Numbered from the stretch's first letter, positions 9,973-20,071 are shown. The stretch is DNA of 64,000 nucleotides from a bacterium (GCA_965216315.1 CBDCFN010000016.1:2112001-2176000); one strand, 5' to 3'. Translations and numbers: made by a program. The notes: generated from the sequence alone by a model not told the origin.

Positions 9973-10593
9973 ATGATTCAGAGCCTCCAATCGTCCTTAA
10001 TGGCACTCGGGTTTACACAGATGGCACTCATCAGTGGCCCCCAAGTGGACAGCCAGGCCTTCGTTTTAGTTGATGATCCCGGCGACTTAGGGGTCGACAT
10101 CAAGGAGTTGCCCATCGATACCTGGGTCAAACTCAGCGGTTATGAGGAATCCGACTATGATGCCAACCCCGCTATTCTTCGCATGGCTGGCATGCCCAAT
10201 ACTGAGGATACCCAGGCGATGTATCGTCAGGCCCGACGTTCCCTCCACGGCCCCGTGACTTGGGGACGCATCGACCGGCACGACCGCAATCAGCCCCCGA
10301 ATATCTTGAGTGTCCGGGTGAATAGGGATCGTCCGCAGCCCAATCTTACGCAGGGGTTAGCCGCAACCGTAAAAACCAGTGGGATGTATGGCAGTGAGAG
10401 TGTTGCCTGGAGCCTCTATGAGCGTTCCTTGGGCGTCAGCGCCACACGCGCCGCGCAACTCCTGTTGGATGCGGTCCAACGTGGCTGGAACACCAGTCCC
10501 AGTCAAACCTCTAATACACACATTTATCGCGTGTACAACGAACCGACGCTCTTCGCGAGTTTAACTGAGCTGCTCGGCGCTACAAGCATTTAG
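9973..10593 (+). CDS. hypothetical protein
   Basis: 206 aa ORF, no recognisable family. Confidence 0.7.
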   Translation: MIQSLQSSLMALGFTQMALISGPQVDSQAFVLVDDPGDLGVDIKELPIDTWVKLSGYEESDYDANPAILRMAGMPNTEDTQAMYRQARRSLHGPVTWGRIDRHDRNQPPNILSVRVNRDRPQPNLTQGLAATVKTSGMYGSESVAWSLYERSLGVSATRAAQLLLDAVQRGWNTSPSQTSNTHIYRVYNEPTLFASLTELLGATSI

Positions 10594-10606
10594 CTGTTAA
10601 CTCAAC

Positions 10607-11128
10607 CTATTTCTGACGTCTCGCTCGCTGTTCCTTCCGCCACCGACAAGGCATCGTGGAGGAGAGCTTTGACCAAATATAATCACCCGTACCGCGCGCT
10701 TTTCGCTCTGCTCTGACATAGGGCCGCGGATCGTAATTATATTTATCTTTATCCGCCGGCCAGTCGCGACAACGCGGTCGATAATAGTAAGCCAACCCCG
10801 ATTCAATCAGCCGTTCCCCAACATCCTGGCCATTGAGCTTAACGTGACCTAGGACTCGATTATAGCGCTCAAGTCCACGGCCAACCGGATGAATCGTTAT
10901 CTTTTTGGCCCCAATCATATCCTTGAGTCGAAGCCGGGCTAACTTGTAATAGGGTTGGCCGCGTTCCGGCGTATCGATACCGGCAATCCGGACTCGAAAA
11001 CGAATCGTCCCGTCCGTTGCCTCAAAAGTGTCCCCATCGATGACTTTTACAACTTGATAGGAAGTGTGTGCACTGACCGGTGAGGAAATCAGCGATAGTA
11101 ACAAGATGAAAATAAATTTTAAAAACAT
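10607..11128 (-). CDS. thermonuclease (SNase) family protein
   Basis: Signal peptide, VIDGDT, RIAGIDTPE, RYNRVLG. Confidence 0.92.
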   Translation of the reverse strand: MFLKFIFILLLSLISSPVSAHTSYQVVKVIDGDTFEATDGTIRFRVRIAGIDTPERGQPYYKLARLRLKDMIGAKKITIHPVGRGLERYNRVLGHVKLNGQDVGERLIESGLAYYYRPRCRDWPADKDKYNYDPRPYVRAERKARGTGDYIWSKLSSTMPCRWRKEQRARRQK

Positions 11129-11129
11129 A

Positions 11130-12104
11130 TCAGTCGCCCGTAATCAGTGGTCCGGTCTCCACCACCTCAAACGCATCCCCCGGAACTCCCTTTAATTGAT
11201 TCAAGTCCTCATCGTCCCAACGCGTATCGGTCGCGCCGCTGATGTACCAGTTGGATCCATTGTCGGCCAAGATCATGCCGTAGGTCTTGAGGGCCTCGAG
11301 GATGACGCGGGAAGCCCCGCTAAAGCCACTGATGTCATAGTCACTTTTCAAGCGCAGACGCAGGCCCATCGGCGGTGAATCCGCGTTAGTATCGCTGCTA
11401 GCGTAGTGTGTCGCCGGATGAATGTAGGCCGCCTGGGTGGCGCTGACGGTAAAGCGCAAGGCGTGATGGATGGCGCCCTGCTCGACCACCTCATCGTAGC
11501 GTGCCAGACCGGGAAAGATAGGCAGGCCCGCCGCATCAGCCGAGGTCCAACCCTCAGGCCGCAGCTCATTAGAGGTCAGATCAAAGACCGCGCCGGAACT
11601 GGCATCCCAACCTGGCCCGGTAAAAAAGGCGCGATACAGTTCGTACAAAATACAGTTGTCGTCATCGATGACGAGTACATGACGGTCACTCCCCCCTTCA
11701 ATCGGGGCATCATCCGGGATCGGATACGGACCCGCATCGCTTTCGTCACCAAAGTCGGTAAAGTTAATCGGAACCATGGGCTGTGTGTCCGAAACGATCG
11801 TGTATGGGATGCCATAGTCGGGATTGGATCCGAAGTCCGGGTGCACAAAATCACCGCCATTATTTAAGATGTGTTGAATGTAGTTGTTTGAATTCGCGTG
11901 CACCGGCAGCCCAGACACATCTTGGTTCCAGGGATTATCCGCCGGGAAAACCTGGCAATTCGCTAGGCTAGGTGGATTGGAATTGGTTGTCCCACTACTA
12001 TTCGACTCACCACTCGAACCGCTATCAGGCCCCGTCGTGGTTCCGCCACAGGAGAGTGCACCGCATATCAAAATGAGGATGAATCCATAAAATATTTTTT
12101 CCAT
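11130..12104 (-). CDS. conserved hypothetical lipoprotein
   Basis: Lipobox LSC, Ser/Gly linker, FPADNPWN and DAAGLPIFPGL motifs. Confidence 0.8.
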   Translation of the reverse strand: MEKIFYGFILILICGALSCGGTTTGPDSGSSGESNSSGTTNSNPPSLANCQVFPADNPWNQDVSGLPVHANSNNYIQHILNNGGDFVHPDFGSNPDYGIPYTIVSDTQPMVPINFTDFGDESDAGPYPIPDDAPIEGGSDRHVLVIDDDNCILYELYRAFFTGPGWDASSGAVFDLTSNELRPEGWTSADAAGLPIFPGLARYDEVVEQGAIHHALRFTVSATQAAYIHPATHYASSDTNADSPPMGLRLRLKSDYDISGFSGASRVILEALKTYGMILADNGSNWYISGATDTRWDDEDLNQLKGVPGDAFEVVETGPLITGD

Positions 12105-12252
12105 GACGCCCTCTGCTAATTCATAAATATTGCGAAGTAAAGGGCTGGCCAGGGAAATCACCCATTGGGCCTGAACTGATGCAGATCAGGCAAGTATCCA
12201 CCCGTCCGATTCACAAATTCACAAATCCCCCAAAAGAGAATACGATGCCCGC

Positions 12253-13971
12253 ATGGGCCAACTGATCCTCATCGATATTCTGATCATCTTCACCCTCTCC
12301 GTCCCGCTGATCCTCCTCCTTAATAAACTCAAGGTCCCGACCATCTTGGGCTTTCTATTAACGGGCGCGCTGATCGGCCCGGAAGGGCTCGGTTGGATCG
12401 CGGATAGTGACCAGATTAACATCCTCGCGGAAATCGGAGTGGCCTTATTGCTCTTTTCCGTCGGCTTGGAATTTTCGTTCGGCAACCTACGCGTCCAATG
12501 GAAAAGCCTCACCAGCGGCTCCCTCCAGATCACATTGACCTTCATGGCGGGGGTTGGCATCGGTCACCTGCTCGGCTGGAACTGGATTCAAGGAATCTAC
12601 TTTGGCTGTATCCTCGCCTTGTCGAGTACTGCGGTCGTCATGACAACTCTTTCCGATCAACATTCGATCGATTCATTACCCGGACGTTATTCGACGACGA
12701 TTTTAATCTTACAAGACCTGGCCCTCATCCCGATGTTGGTCCTGTTACACTTCCTGGGTTTGCAAGAAAGCGCCGGTCACCTCGCCGGCAACGGTGTCAT
12801 GCTCAATATCGGGCAGGCAGTTCTCTTCCTGCTCTTTGTCTTCGTCGCGATTCGCTATCTAGGCCCCTGGTTTTTCGGACATATTCTCCGCACGGGCCGG
12901 CGTGAAATCTTTACTATCAGTATTATCGTGATTGCCTTGGGCCTCGCCTGGATGACCCATCGACTGGGTTTGTCGTTCGCCCTCGGCGCCTTCATTGGCG
13001 GAACAATAATCGGTTCGACGCCTTACAAATACCAAGCCCTCTCCGAAATCTCGCCGTTTCGCTATACCTTTAACAGTCTGTTCTTCGTCTCGATCGGCAT
13101 GCTCGTTAATTTCGATTTCATCCGAGACAACTATGCCCTCGTTCTCTTGCTCGTCTGTCTCATTCCCCTATTAAAAACGGTCATCGTCACTACTGTGCTC
13201 TATTTTATTGGCGACTCACTCCGCAACGCGATGACCGTCGGTATCCACCTCGGTCAGATTGGCGAATTTTCATTCTTGATCGCCTATCTCGGCAAAACCG
13301 CCGGCGTCCTGGAGCTATCCTTCTACGAACTTGTTGTCGCGACCGCCGTCATCGCCATGTTCATGACGCCCCTGATGATGCGTTCCGCCCCTGCCATTGC
13401 CAATTTTATGGTCGGCCTGCCCGGCGTACGTTTTTTCGCTCAACGCAAACGCCTCCAACAATTACACGAAAAGGCAAAGGAACTCTCCGATCACGTCATC
13501 ATCTGCGGCTATGGGCCTTTTGCTCGCCAACTCGGAAATATCTTAAGACAACATCACGTCCCTTATCTCATCCTCGATTTTAGTCCGGAAATCTTTGACA
13601 AACAGGCGACAGATTTTGAGAACATCGTCTACGAGGAAGGCACGTCCGCAGACAGCCTACACCGCGGTGGCATTGATCGCGCCCGCATCCTCGTCATCAC
13701 GGTCCCGGATTTGTTAAACAGCCTGGCGATCATCAGCGCCGCCCGCGCGATTGCACCAGATTTGCCGATCTTTACGCGCTGCAAATATGAGAATGAAGTG
13801 AAACTCCACTACGAGGCCGGTGCCGACATTGTCGTCGCCGAAGAACTCGAAGGGGGCACCGAAATGGGCGGACATATCCTGCGGAATATGGGCCGGTCTC
13901 ACAAGGAAGTGGAAGCGTTCCTTAATAAATTAAGACAACGTCACTACGCCGAGTCAGCGGACGCAAACTAG
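12253..13971 (+). CDS. CPA2 cation:proton antiporter with TrkA-N domain (KefC/YbaL-like)
   Basis: Multiple TM segments, LSSTAVV, QDL, GQIGEFSF, C-terminal IICGYG. Confidence 0.93.
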   Translation: MGQLILIDILIIFTLSVPLILLLNKLKVPTILGFLLTGALIGPEGLGWIADSDQINILAEIGVALLLFSVGLEFSFGNLRVQWKSLTSGSLQITLTFMAGVGIGHLLGWNWIQGIYFGCILALSSTAVVMTTLSDQHSIDSLPGRYSTTILILQDLALIPMLVLLHFLGLQESAGHLAGNGVMLNIGQAVLFLLFVFVAIRYLGPWFFGHILRTGRREIFTISIIVIALGLAWMTHRLGLSFALGAFIGGTIIGSTPYKYQALSEISPFRYTFNSLFFVSIGMLVNFDFIRDNYALVLLLVCLIPLLKTVIVTTVLYFIGDSLRNAMTVGIHLGQIGEFSFLIAYLGKTAGVLELSFYELVVATAVIAMFMTPLMMRSAPAIANFMVGLPGVRFFAQRKRLQQLHEKAKELSDHVIICGYGPFARQLGNILRQHHVPYLILDFSPEIFDKQATDFENIVYEEGTSADSLHRGGIDRARILVITVPDLLNSLAIISAARAIAPDLPIFTRCKYENEVKLHYEAGADIVVAEELEGGTEMGGHILRNMGRSHKEVEAFLNKLRQRHYAESADAN

Positions 13972-14019
13972 CGAAAGCAGTATCTTGACAAAAATGCCTT
14001 GAACAGGCCTGTTGCAACC

Positions 14020-15126
14020 ATGGCAAAGGATCTTGATGGCATTCTTAAGTCAATGCAAAGCGGCGCAATCGGGGTCTTGGAGACGGTTCACAAGGGCACA
14101 ACCGTAGCCTTGGAGGCCGTGCAAAAAAGTGCCCATGCTTCCGTCGGCGCGGTCCACAAGACGGCCACTGTGACCTTAGGTGCGGTTCAAAAGAGCGCGA
14201 GCGTCTCGATAGAGGCCATTGAGTGGCTGTCCGAGATCAAGGGCCGACCGCTTTCAGTGCTTAATGGAGTCGTGGGTGATACCCTGGCCGCTCAAAACAG
14301 CCAATACGCCATTGAGATGAGTCTCATCGGAGAGAAACCCGGGAACCGCCTGTGCATTTTCGCCCATGGGCTCTGCGCTTCGGAAGTCACGTGGCAATTT
14401 ACTGAGGACTCCACCAAGGACTATGGCTCACTCCTGGAACAAGACTGCGGGTATACTCCGATTTACGTACGTTACAATTCGGGGCTCCATATATCAACCA
14501 ACGGCCAATTGCTTGCGCAACGCGTGAGCGAACTTTGCAAGAACTCATCTGACCCCATTCAGGAAATCATCTTCATTGGACATAGCATGGGCGGACTTGT
14601 GGTGCGCAGTGCTTGTCACTATGCACAAAAGGCGAACGCATCCTGGGTCAAAGAGATTAGCAAAATATTTCTATTAGCCACTCCTCACCATGGTAACGAT
14701 TACGAAAAACTCGGCAACCTCACCAGCAAGGTCCTTAAACTCTTTTCCAAGGGAATTGCTAAACTGGGGAACAAACGCAGCGCCGGCATCAAGGATCTAC
14801 GCTACGGATATCTCCTGGACGAAGACTGGATGGAACAGGATCCAGATGCCTTATGGCAAGACAACCGGCATCCCGTCCCCCTGCTTGAAGGAGTGGATTA
14901 CTATATTATCGCCGGCTCGCTGGCCAAGGAATCCGATAATATTTTTGCGCAATATTTCGGCGATGGAATGGTCCCAACGCATACAGCCGCGGGGCGGAGC
15001 CTTAAGAAGGCGAAGACGATCCCGTTTCCGCCTAACCATTTCAAGATGATCAAAGGTCTATCTCATGCCGGACTCACCCGCCATCCCAAGGTCTACCAAC
15101 AAATTCGCAAATGGTGCCGGCAATAA
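14020..15126 (+). CDS. alpha/beta hydrolase, PGAP1-like lipase/esterase
   Basis: HGLCAS, YNSGLHIS, GHSMGG nucleophile elbow, ATPHHG, GDGMV. Confidence 0.9.
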   Translation: MAKDLDGILKSMQSGAIGVLETVHKGTTVALEAVQKSAHASVGAVHKTATVTLGAVQKSASVSIEAIEWLSEIKGRPLSVLNGVVGDTLAAQNSQYAIEMSLIGEKPGNRLCIFAHGLCASEVTWQFTEDSTKDYGSLLEQDCGYTPIYVRYNSGLHISTNGQLLAQRVSELCKNSSDPIQEIIFIGHSMGGLVVRSACHYAQKANASWVKEISKIFLLATPHHGNDYEKLGNLTSKVLKLFSKGIAKLGNKRSAGIKDLRYGYLLDEDWMEQDPDALWQDNRHPVPLLEGVDYYIIAGSLAKESDNIFAQYFGDGMVPTHTAAGRSLKKAKTIPFPPNHFKMIKGLSHAGLTRHPKVYQQIRKWCRQ

Positions 15127-15190
15127 CCTTCCAACCGGAGTCGCTCAGAACTTTTAAGCCCCGACCTCCGCGTGTTATAATCTCTGCCTC

Positions 15191-15778
15191 ATGAACACGA
15201 TTCAGTTAAGACCGGCGCTCAAGGAGGAAAGCCGCCTAGTCGCCGAATTTTATCGCATCGCCTCCGATGGCGTCGCCGATTACATATGGTCGCTGTTCGC
15301 GCAACCGGGCGAGGACCTCTTGGACGTCGGCGCCCAGCGCTACGCGCGCGAGGACACGGATTTCAGTTACCAGAATTGCACGATGGTCGACGTCAACGGA
15401 GACGTCGCAGGCATGCTGATCGCCTATCCGATGGGACCTGATGCCGGACAAAGCGATCTCGATCAGATCGACCCTGTCTTGCGCCCCTTCGCCATCCTCG
15501 AGGAACCGAACAGCTATTACATCTGCGGGGTCGCCTTACATGATGCTTATCGCGGCCAGGGCCTGGGCAGCCAATTGATGGCCCGCGCTGAAGCGGATGC
15601 CATCGATCACTGCCTCGGCAAGACGAGCCTGATTGTGTTCGAAGAAAATGCCGGCGCCAAGCGCTTGTATGACCGGCTCGGTTATCACGTCGTTAAACAA
15701 GAAACCCTGGTGCCACACCCCTTAATTCGGCATCTTGGTGAAGCCTTTTTAATGGTCAAGAAATTGGAAAGTTATTGA
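15191..15778 (+). CDS. GNAT family N-acetyltransferase
   Basis: YRGQGLGSQL and NAGAKRLYDRLGY. Confidence 0.92.
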   Translation: MNTIQLRPALKEESRLVAEFYRIASDGVADYIWSLFAQPGEDLLDVGAQRYAREDTDFSYQNCTMVDVNGDVAGMLIAYPMGPDAGQSDLDQIDPVLRPFAILEEPNSYYICGVALHDAYRGQGLGSQLMARAEADAIDHCLGKTSLIVFEENAGAKRLYDRLGYHVVKQETLVPHPLIRHLGEAFLMVKKLESY

Positions 15779-15814
15779 ATTTAAGCCGCAATTCAGGCAT
15801 GAAGAGAGTCTCTT

Positions 15815-16552
15815 ATGTCTAACGGAAGCTCCGCCATGACAGCGACCAACGATAGCGGCTTCGATTTCATCACCCCGTTCCGCTACCTCTTCGACAGTCC
15901 CGACTGGGGCAAGAATATTCTTTTGGCGACGCTCTGTTTATTCATCCCGTTTGTGGGCCCCATCGTGTTGCTGGGTTGGCAAGCGCGAATCCTGCGCGCC
16001 TTGACGCTCAAACAGACACCGGCCGTGCCGGCCTTTGACTTTAACGAGTTTGCCGAATACCTCAAAGAAGGCCTCGTCCCTTTTCTCGCCAATCTGGTAG
16101 CGATGCTGCCGTTGGTGTTTTTAATATTTATCCTGGGAATTGTCAGCGCCATCGCCGTGCCGCTCTTAGCGAGACCGGGCGAACCCGTGTCGCCCGCAAT
16201 CATCGTCCCTTTGGTGCTGGCCAGCCTCGTGATTGGAGTCATTGCGATAATAGGCTTTGCGGTGTTCGTAAACGCCGTCATGACACGCGCCCTCTTGTCC
16301 TGCGATCTGGGCAAGACGTTCGAATTCGGCGCGATCATGGACTACGCCAAGCAGAGCTGGAAATCTGTCCTCGTCGTTGTCTTAATCTTCATCCCTGCCA
16401 GCATGATATTCATGATCCTGGGGATGCTGGCCCTGTTTATCGGCATGTATCCCGCCTCGATTATCTTAAACGTCGCCGGCGTTCATTTCATCGCGCAGAT
16501 TTATCAGCAGTATCTCAGTAAGGGTGGCGCCCCTATCCCCGTCGCGGAATAA
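15815..16552 (+). CDS. DUF4013-like membrane protein
   Basis: FIPFVGPIVLLGW..R motif, about 5 TM. Confidence 0.8.
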   Translation: MSNGSSAMTATNDSGFDFITPFRYLFDSPDWGKNILLATLCLFIPFVGPIVLLGWQARILRALTLKQTPAVPAFDFNEFAEYLKEGLVPFLANLVAMLPLVFLIFILGIVSAIAVPLLARPGEPVSPAIIVPLVLASLVIGVIAIIGFAVFVNAVMTRALLSCDLGKTFEFGAIMDYAKQSWKSVLVVVLIFIPASMIFMILGMLALFIGMYPASIILNVAGVHFIAQIYQQYLSKGGAPIPVAE

Positions 16553-16591
16553 TAGAACTTAGCGGCATTTTGCAGTATGCTCGGGGAACCC

Positions 16592-17116
16592 ATGCCTCAT
16601 GACCTGACAAAAATTTCTACCGCCAGCGATAATGCCCATGCAGACCTGATCAAATCGTTCTTAGAAGAACATGGCATCTTTACCTACATTCAGGGCTATC
16701 ATCATCGCAGCATGCTCGGTTTTGCCGGGCCCCACATTGAGCTCAACATTATGGTTCGAAAGGACCAGGCCGACGCTGCCACCAAGCTCCTGCAGGAATT
16801 GAATGAGGAAATAAAACAGGAGCCCCCGAGCGAGGTCCCGACACAGCGAGAACACGTCTCCCAATTCAGGCCGCGCAGCGCGATGGTCGCCTGCTGTCTC
16901 CCCTTTATCTGTCCCGGCTTAGGGAATTTTTATGCCGGTCGTAAGGATATCGGTGGATGGATCCTCGTCGCGACCGCCGTGTGCTATATTTCCCTCTTCA
17001 TCTTCATGCATCGATACGACTCAAATGTCGTCAGTACCCTGCTCGTTTTGATTGTCGGCTTAATTTTCTTAGATGCCTTCACCGCCGTGCGATTTATCAA
17101 GAGTAGAGAACGATAA
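16592..17116 (+). CDS. DUF2007 domain plus TM2-like membrane domain
   Basis: ADLIKSFLEEHGI (DUF2007) and PGLGNFYAG (TM2-like). Confidence 0.75.
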   Translation: MPHDLTKISTASDNAHADLIKSFLEEHGIFTYIQGYHHRSMLGFAGPHIELNIMVRKDQADAATKLLQELNEEIKQEPPSEVPTQREHVSQFRPRSAMVACCLPFICPGLGNFYAGRKDIGGWILVATAVCYISLFIFMHRYDSNVVSTLLVLIVGLIFLDAFTAVRFIKSRER

Positions 17117-17353
17117 GTAAGCGGTCATCAGCTCTTTTATTTTCGTCTGATACTTCTTGCCTTCGGCCTCCGCCTGACGTCGAAAAGAACGGAGCAGGTT
17201 TTCCGGGACACGCAAACTGATGAGCCGTGATCTTTCCGGCTTTGCCTGGCCGTGGAGTAAACGAAAATTCTCCAAGAATTCGAGGCGCTGCTTGAGCGTC
17301 GTCTTACGGGCCTGCCTTAGATATTCCGGGGATAAGAACTGAACGGATTTCAT
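17069..17353 (-). CDS. BrnA/CopG-like RHH antitoxin
   Basis: ISLRVPENLL...YQTKIKELM. Overlaps the upstream gene (ATGA). Confidence 0.75.
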   Translation of the reverse strand: MKSVQFLSPEYLRQARKTTLKQRLEFLENFRLLHGQAKPERSRLISLRVPENLLRSFRRQAEAEGKKYQTKIKELMTAYLSFSTLDKSHGGEGI

Positions 17354-17823
17354 CGGTCCTCCTTACGTAAGAGTCGCAGCGCCTTGACATCCGCCTTGTC
17401 CTGATCCCGCCCGGTTCCGGACTTCATTAGAATGAGACTCTCCAGACTGAGCACGGGTATCGTTTGTCCTTGAAAGCGAAGCGTTTCCGTCTCGAGCTCA
17501 TCAAGGTCATGCGTTAAAAGAACATCGACAATCTCCGCCGGATTGTCGGGATTCAAGAAACTCCAGGCGACCATGTTTCTGTTTTTCATGTATTCATCGC
17601 GAAAGCGATAGACGTCCGTCGCCGTTACCGGCAAACGTGAGGCCAAGCCCAGGCTCTCTAATGCCTTCGCCGTCTCCCTAAAGTGCCGCTCACTCATGCG
17701 GATCACGACATCGACATCCAGGGTCCCGCGCACCGCCCCATGGAGCGCGACGGCATAGCCGCCGGCCACGGCATGGGGAACCTTTCGGGCTTTCAACGCC
17801 TTCAAGACGCGCAGCAAAAACAT
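17350..17823 (-). CDS. nucleotidyltransferase-fold putative toxin (DUF6036-like)
   Basis: GGYAVALHGAVRGTLDVD and KSGTGRDQDKADV. Confidence 0.8.
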   Translation of the reverse strand: MFLLRVLKALKARKVPHAVAGGYAVALHGAVRGTLDVDVVIRMSERHFRETAKALESLGLASRLPVTATDVYRFRDEYMKNRNMVAWSFLNPDNPAEIVDVLLTHDLDELETETLRFQGQTIPVLSLESLILMKSGTGRDQDKADVKALRLLRKEDR

Positions 17824-17856
17824 TGTATATACAATATATATACTACTTAAGGAGTG

Positions 17857-18572
17857 TCAAGCGAGCGCGGCCAGCACCTCGCCCGCCTTACCAAACAAAG
17901 AGACGTCAACCAACGAGGAAAGCTCCGTCTTTTGGGTATTGATTTCAATCAAGAAAGCGCCGCACCCTTTGGCTGTGTGCGCAAAGCCGGCCGCCGGCCA
18001 GACTTCGCCGGAAGTGCCCACAATGAGCAAGACATCGACCGCACAGGCCGCTTCGGCCGCAAGGACGTTGTCGGGATCGAGTTGTTCCCCGAACCAAACC
18101 ACGTCGGGCCTCAACAAACCGCTGCATACCAAACAGCACGGTGGCGAGATTTCGGGAATCGCCCGCAAGCGACGCAAGTCTCCGCACCGGGTGCAACGTG
18201 TACGCCAGATATTGCCGTGCAACTCGATGATGTTCTGAGTGCCGGCGATACGATGGAGGTCGTCGATGTTTTGGGTCACGACAGTGAACGTGGGAATTTG
18301 TTGTTCCAGTTGAGCGATCACGCGATGAGCCGCATTGGGTTGCGCGTCTTGGAAGGCCTTCATCCGCATCAAGTACCAATCCCAAACATATTTCGGATCC
18401 CGCGCAAAGGCCTCCGGTGTCGCCACTTTCTTCGGGTCGTATTCTGCCCATATGCCATCTCGATCGCGAAAGGTCGGGATCCCGCTCTCCGCGGAAACCC
18501 CCGCCCCGGTTAGGACGGCGACACGCTTGGCACGGGCAAGTTGATTTTTGCTGATTGAGTATCCTTATCCAT
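17857..18572 (-). pseudogene. cobB: NAD-dependent deacylase (sirtuin), frameshifted near the 5' end
   Basis: LTGAGVSAESGIPTFR, TQNIDDLH, HGN, zinc Cys pairs. ATG 18572 is out of frame by one base at the A5 run 18545-18549. Confidence 0.8.
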
Positions 18573-18623
18573 AGCGACTCATACGGGTGTCGCTTTATTC
18601 ATACCCAATAGTGGCCCATCGAG

Positions 18624-19094
18624 TCAAAGCTGCTGAAACCGATAATTGGTGAGCGACTGGATAGCCCCTTGCATCAGATTATGCGCGTAACGGGCCACTG
18701 CATCGCCTAAATCAACCTCGTCGAACACGTGGGCCATACCTTCCAAGCTCGCGACGAGTTCGTCCCCGCCGTCATCGACCCAGTTGTACGCATCAATGGC
18801 CCAAGCCCAGTCTTCCAGCGCCCGCTCCCGCGCTTGCTTGGCGCGATCAATCCGTTGTTCCAACTCCTGACTATAGATGCGCATTCCCGCATCGTGCCGG
18901 ACATCGCGATCCTGGATGTCTTTGACCTGTCCACAGGTCGTGAGGGCCGCCGCCATGCGTATCGATTCCGGCGCTTCACTTTGATCTAATTCATAGTGAG
19001 TCTCCGCATGCGTCACTAATTGTTCGGCACAGCGTTCGGTCTCCAGCTGCTGACAGTTGTTCGCTCCACACATTAATAAGTCTTCAAGTCCCAT
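18624..19094 (-). CDS. hypothetical helical protein with Cys-rich N-terminus
   Basis: SD GAGGAG, N-terminus MGLEDLLMCGANNC. Confidence 0.75.
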   Translation of the reverse strand: MGLEDLLMCGANNCQQLETERCAEQLVTHAETHYELDQSEAPESIRMAAALTTCGQVKDIQDRDVRHDAGMRIYSQELEQRIDRAKQARERALEDWAWAIDAYNWVDDGGDELVASLEGMAHVFDEVDLGDAVARYAHNLMQGAIQSLTNYRFQQL

Positions 19095-19135
19095 AATTAC
19101 TCCTCATCCGGTAATTTAATTACTCTGCAACAGCA

Positions 19136-19163
19136 TTATCGGGTGTTGAATCGGCATCGTTGC
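19136..19163 (-). promoter_or_regulatory. sigma28-like promoter (12-nt spacer)
   Basis: GCAACGAT-N12-CCCGATAA. Confidence 0.5.
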
Positions 19164-19289
19164 GGAATCGAGTGAGGGCACGCTGACAAACGACCCACGA
19201 CGCATGAAGACAAATTAAAACATCAATGATCTAGACTTGTTAGGAAAGGTGTTTTGTGTACCGCAGTGCACTGAAAATGCTTAGCCCCA

Positions 19290-19964
19290 TTACGTAGACC
19301 ATTCGCGCACCAGGATTTGATCGACCCGCAAAGCGTCGCGAACGGCCTGTTGCTGTGCATCGCTCATCGTCGGCCACACGAAGCGGAGTTCGGTAAACGC
19401 CGGGTGGACGCGGGTAAACTTTCTCAAACCCAAACCCCGCCGCAAGTGGCGCACCGCCTGCGGAATGCAGTGTTCCACCGTTTCACCGAAGGCATACGAG
19501 GCGAGGTCACCGGGGATGGCCCAGCCCTTGTCCGCCAAACGTGCCCACACGTGGTCGCTCGCTGCAGCATCCTTGACCGGATCGACGTCGGCATAAAACA
19601 CCAGAGAGCGCTCGAACAAGAGTTTATGGAGACCGCTCATCAAGCGCTCATAATGCGGCTCAAAGCCTGTGTCGAGAAAACGCAGCGCTCCCCGTTCGAA
19701 CGGTAAAAACGTGAGCAGGACTTCCCGGCCCTTGATCGCGGCGGCGCGTTCCAGATAGGCTGGGACCAGGCGCGGGTACAGTTGGAGATGAAATTCGATT
19801 TCACGCCGGTCGACATACATGAAACCGTTTGCCCAGCCACCGTGCGCGGCGTGTTCCGACTCGGGCACCAAGCGCTCATCCGTCCCCGAAAAGGCATTAA
19901 ACAGCGGATGGATCAGGAAATGAATCCCCTGCAGAGGTATCAAGTTGGTGGCTGACACGTTCAT
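19290..19964 (-). CDS. hypothetical protein, weak cysteine-hydrolase-like motifs
   Basis: HFLIHPLF and FGETVEHC. Start reassigned to ATG 19964, which removes the overlap with the 20072 gene. Confidence 0.7.
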   Translation of the reverse strand: MNVSATNLIPLQGIHFLIHPLFNAFSGTDERLVPESEHAAHGGWANGFMYVDRREIEFHLQLYPRLVPAYLERAAAIKGREVLLTFLPFERGALRFLDTGFEPHYERLMSGLHKLLFERSLVFYADVDPVKDAAASDHVWARLADKGWAIPGDLASYAFGETVEHCIPQAVRHLRRGLGLRKFTRVHPAFTELRFVWPTMSDAQQQAVRDALRVDQILVREWST

Positions 19965-19971
19965 GGTCGAC

Positions 19972-19998
19972 CTATCGGTGCCGCTGAAAGAAAGTTGC
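19972..19998 (-). promoter_or_regulatory. sigma28-like promoter, leaderless
   Basis: GCAACTTT-N11-ACCGATAG, ATG 7 nt downstream. Confidence 0.75.
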
Positions 19999-20071
19999 GG
20001 GCTGCGTGGGGGCCGATTTTGCGCTACCAATTGCAGCACATCCGTGTTGAAATGCCAGGCAAGGAGATCCC

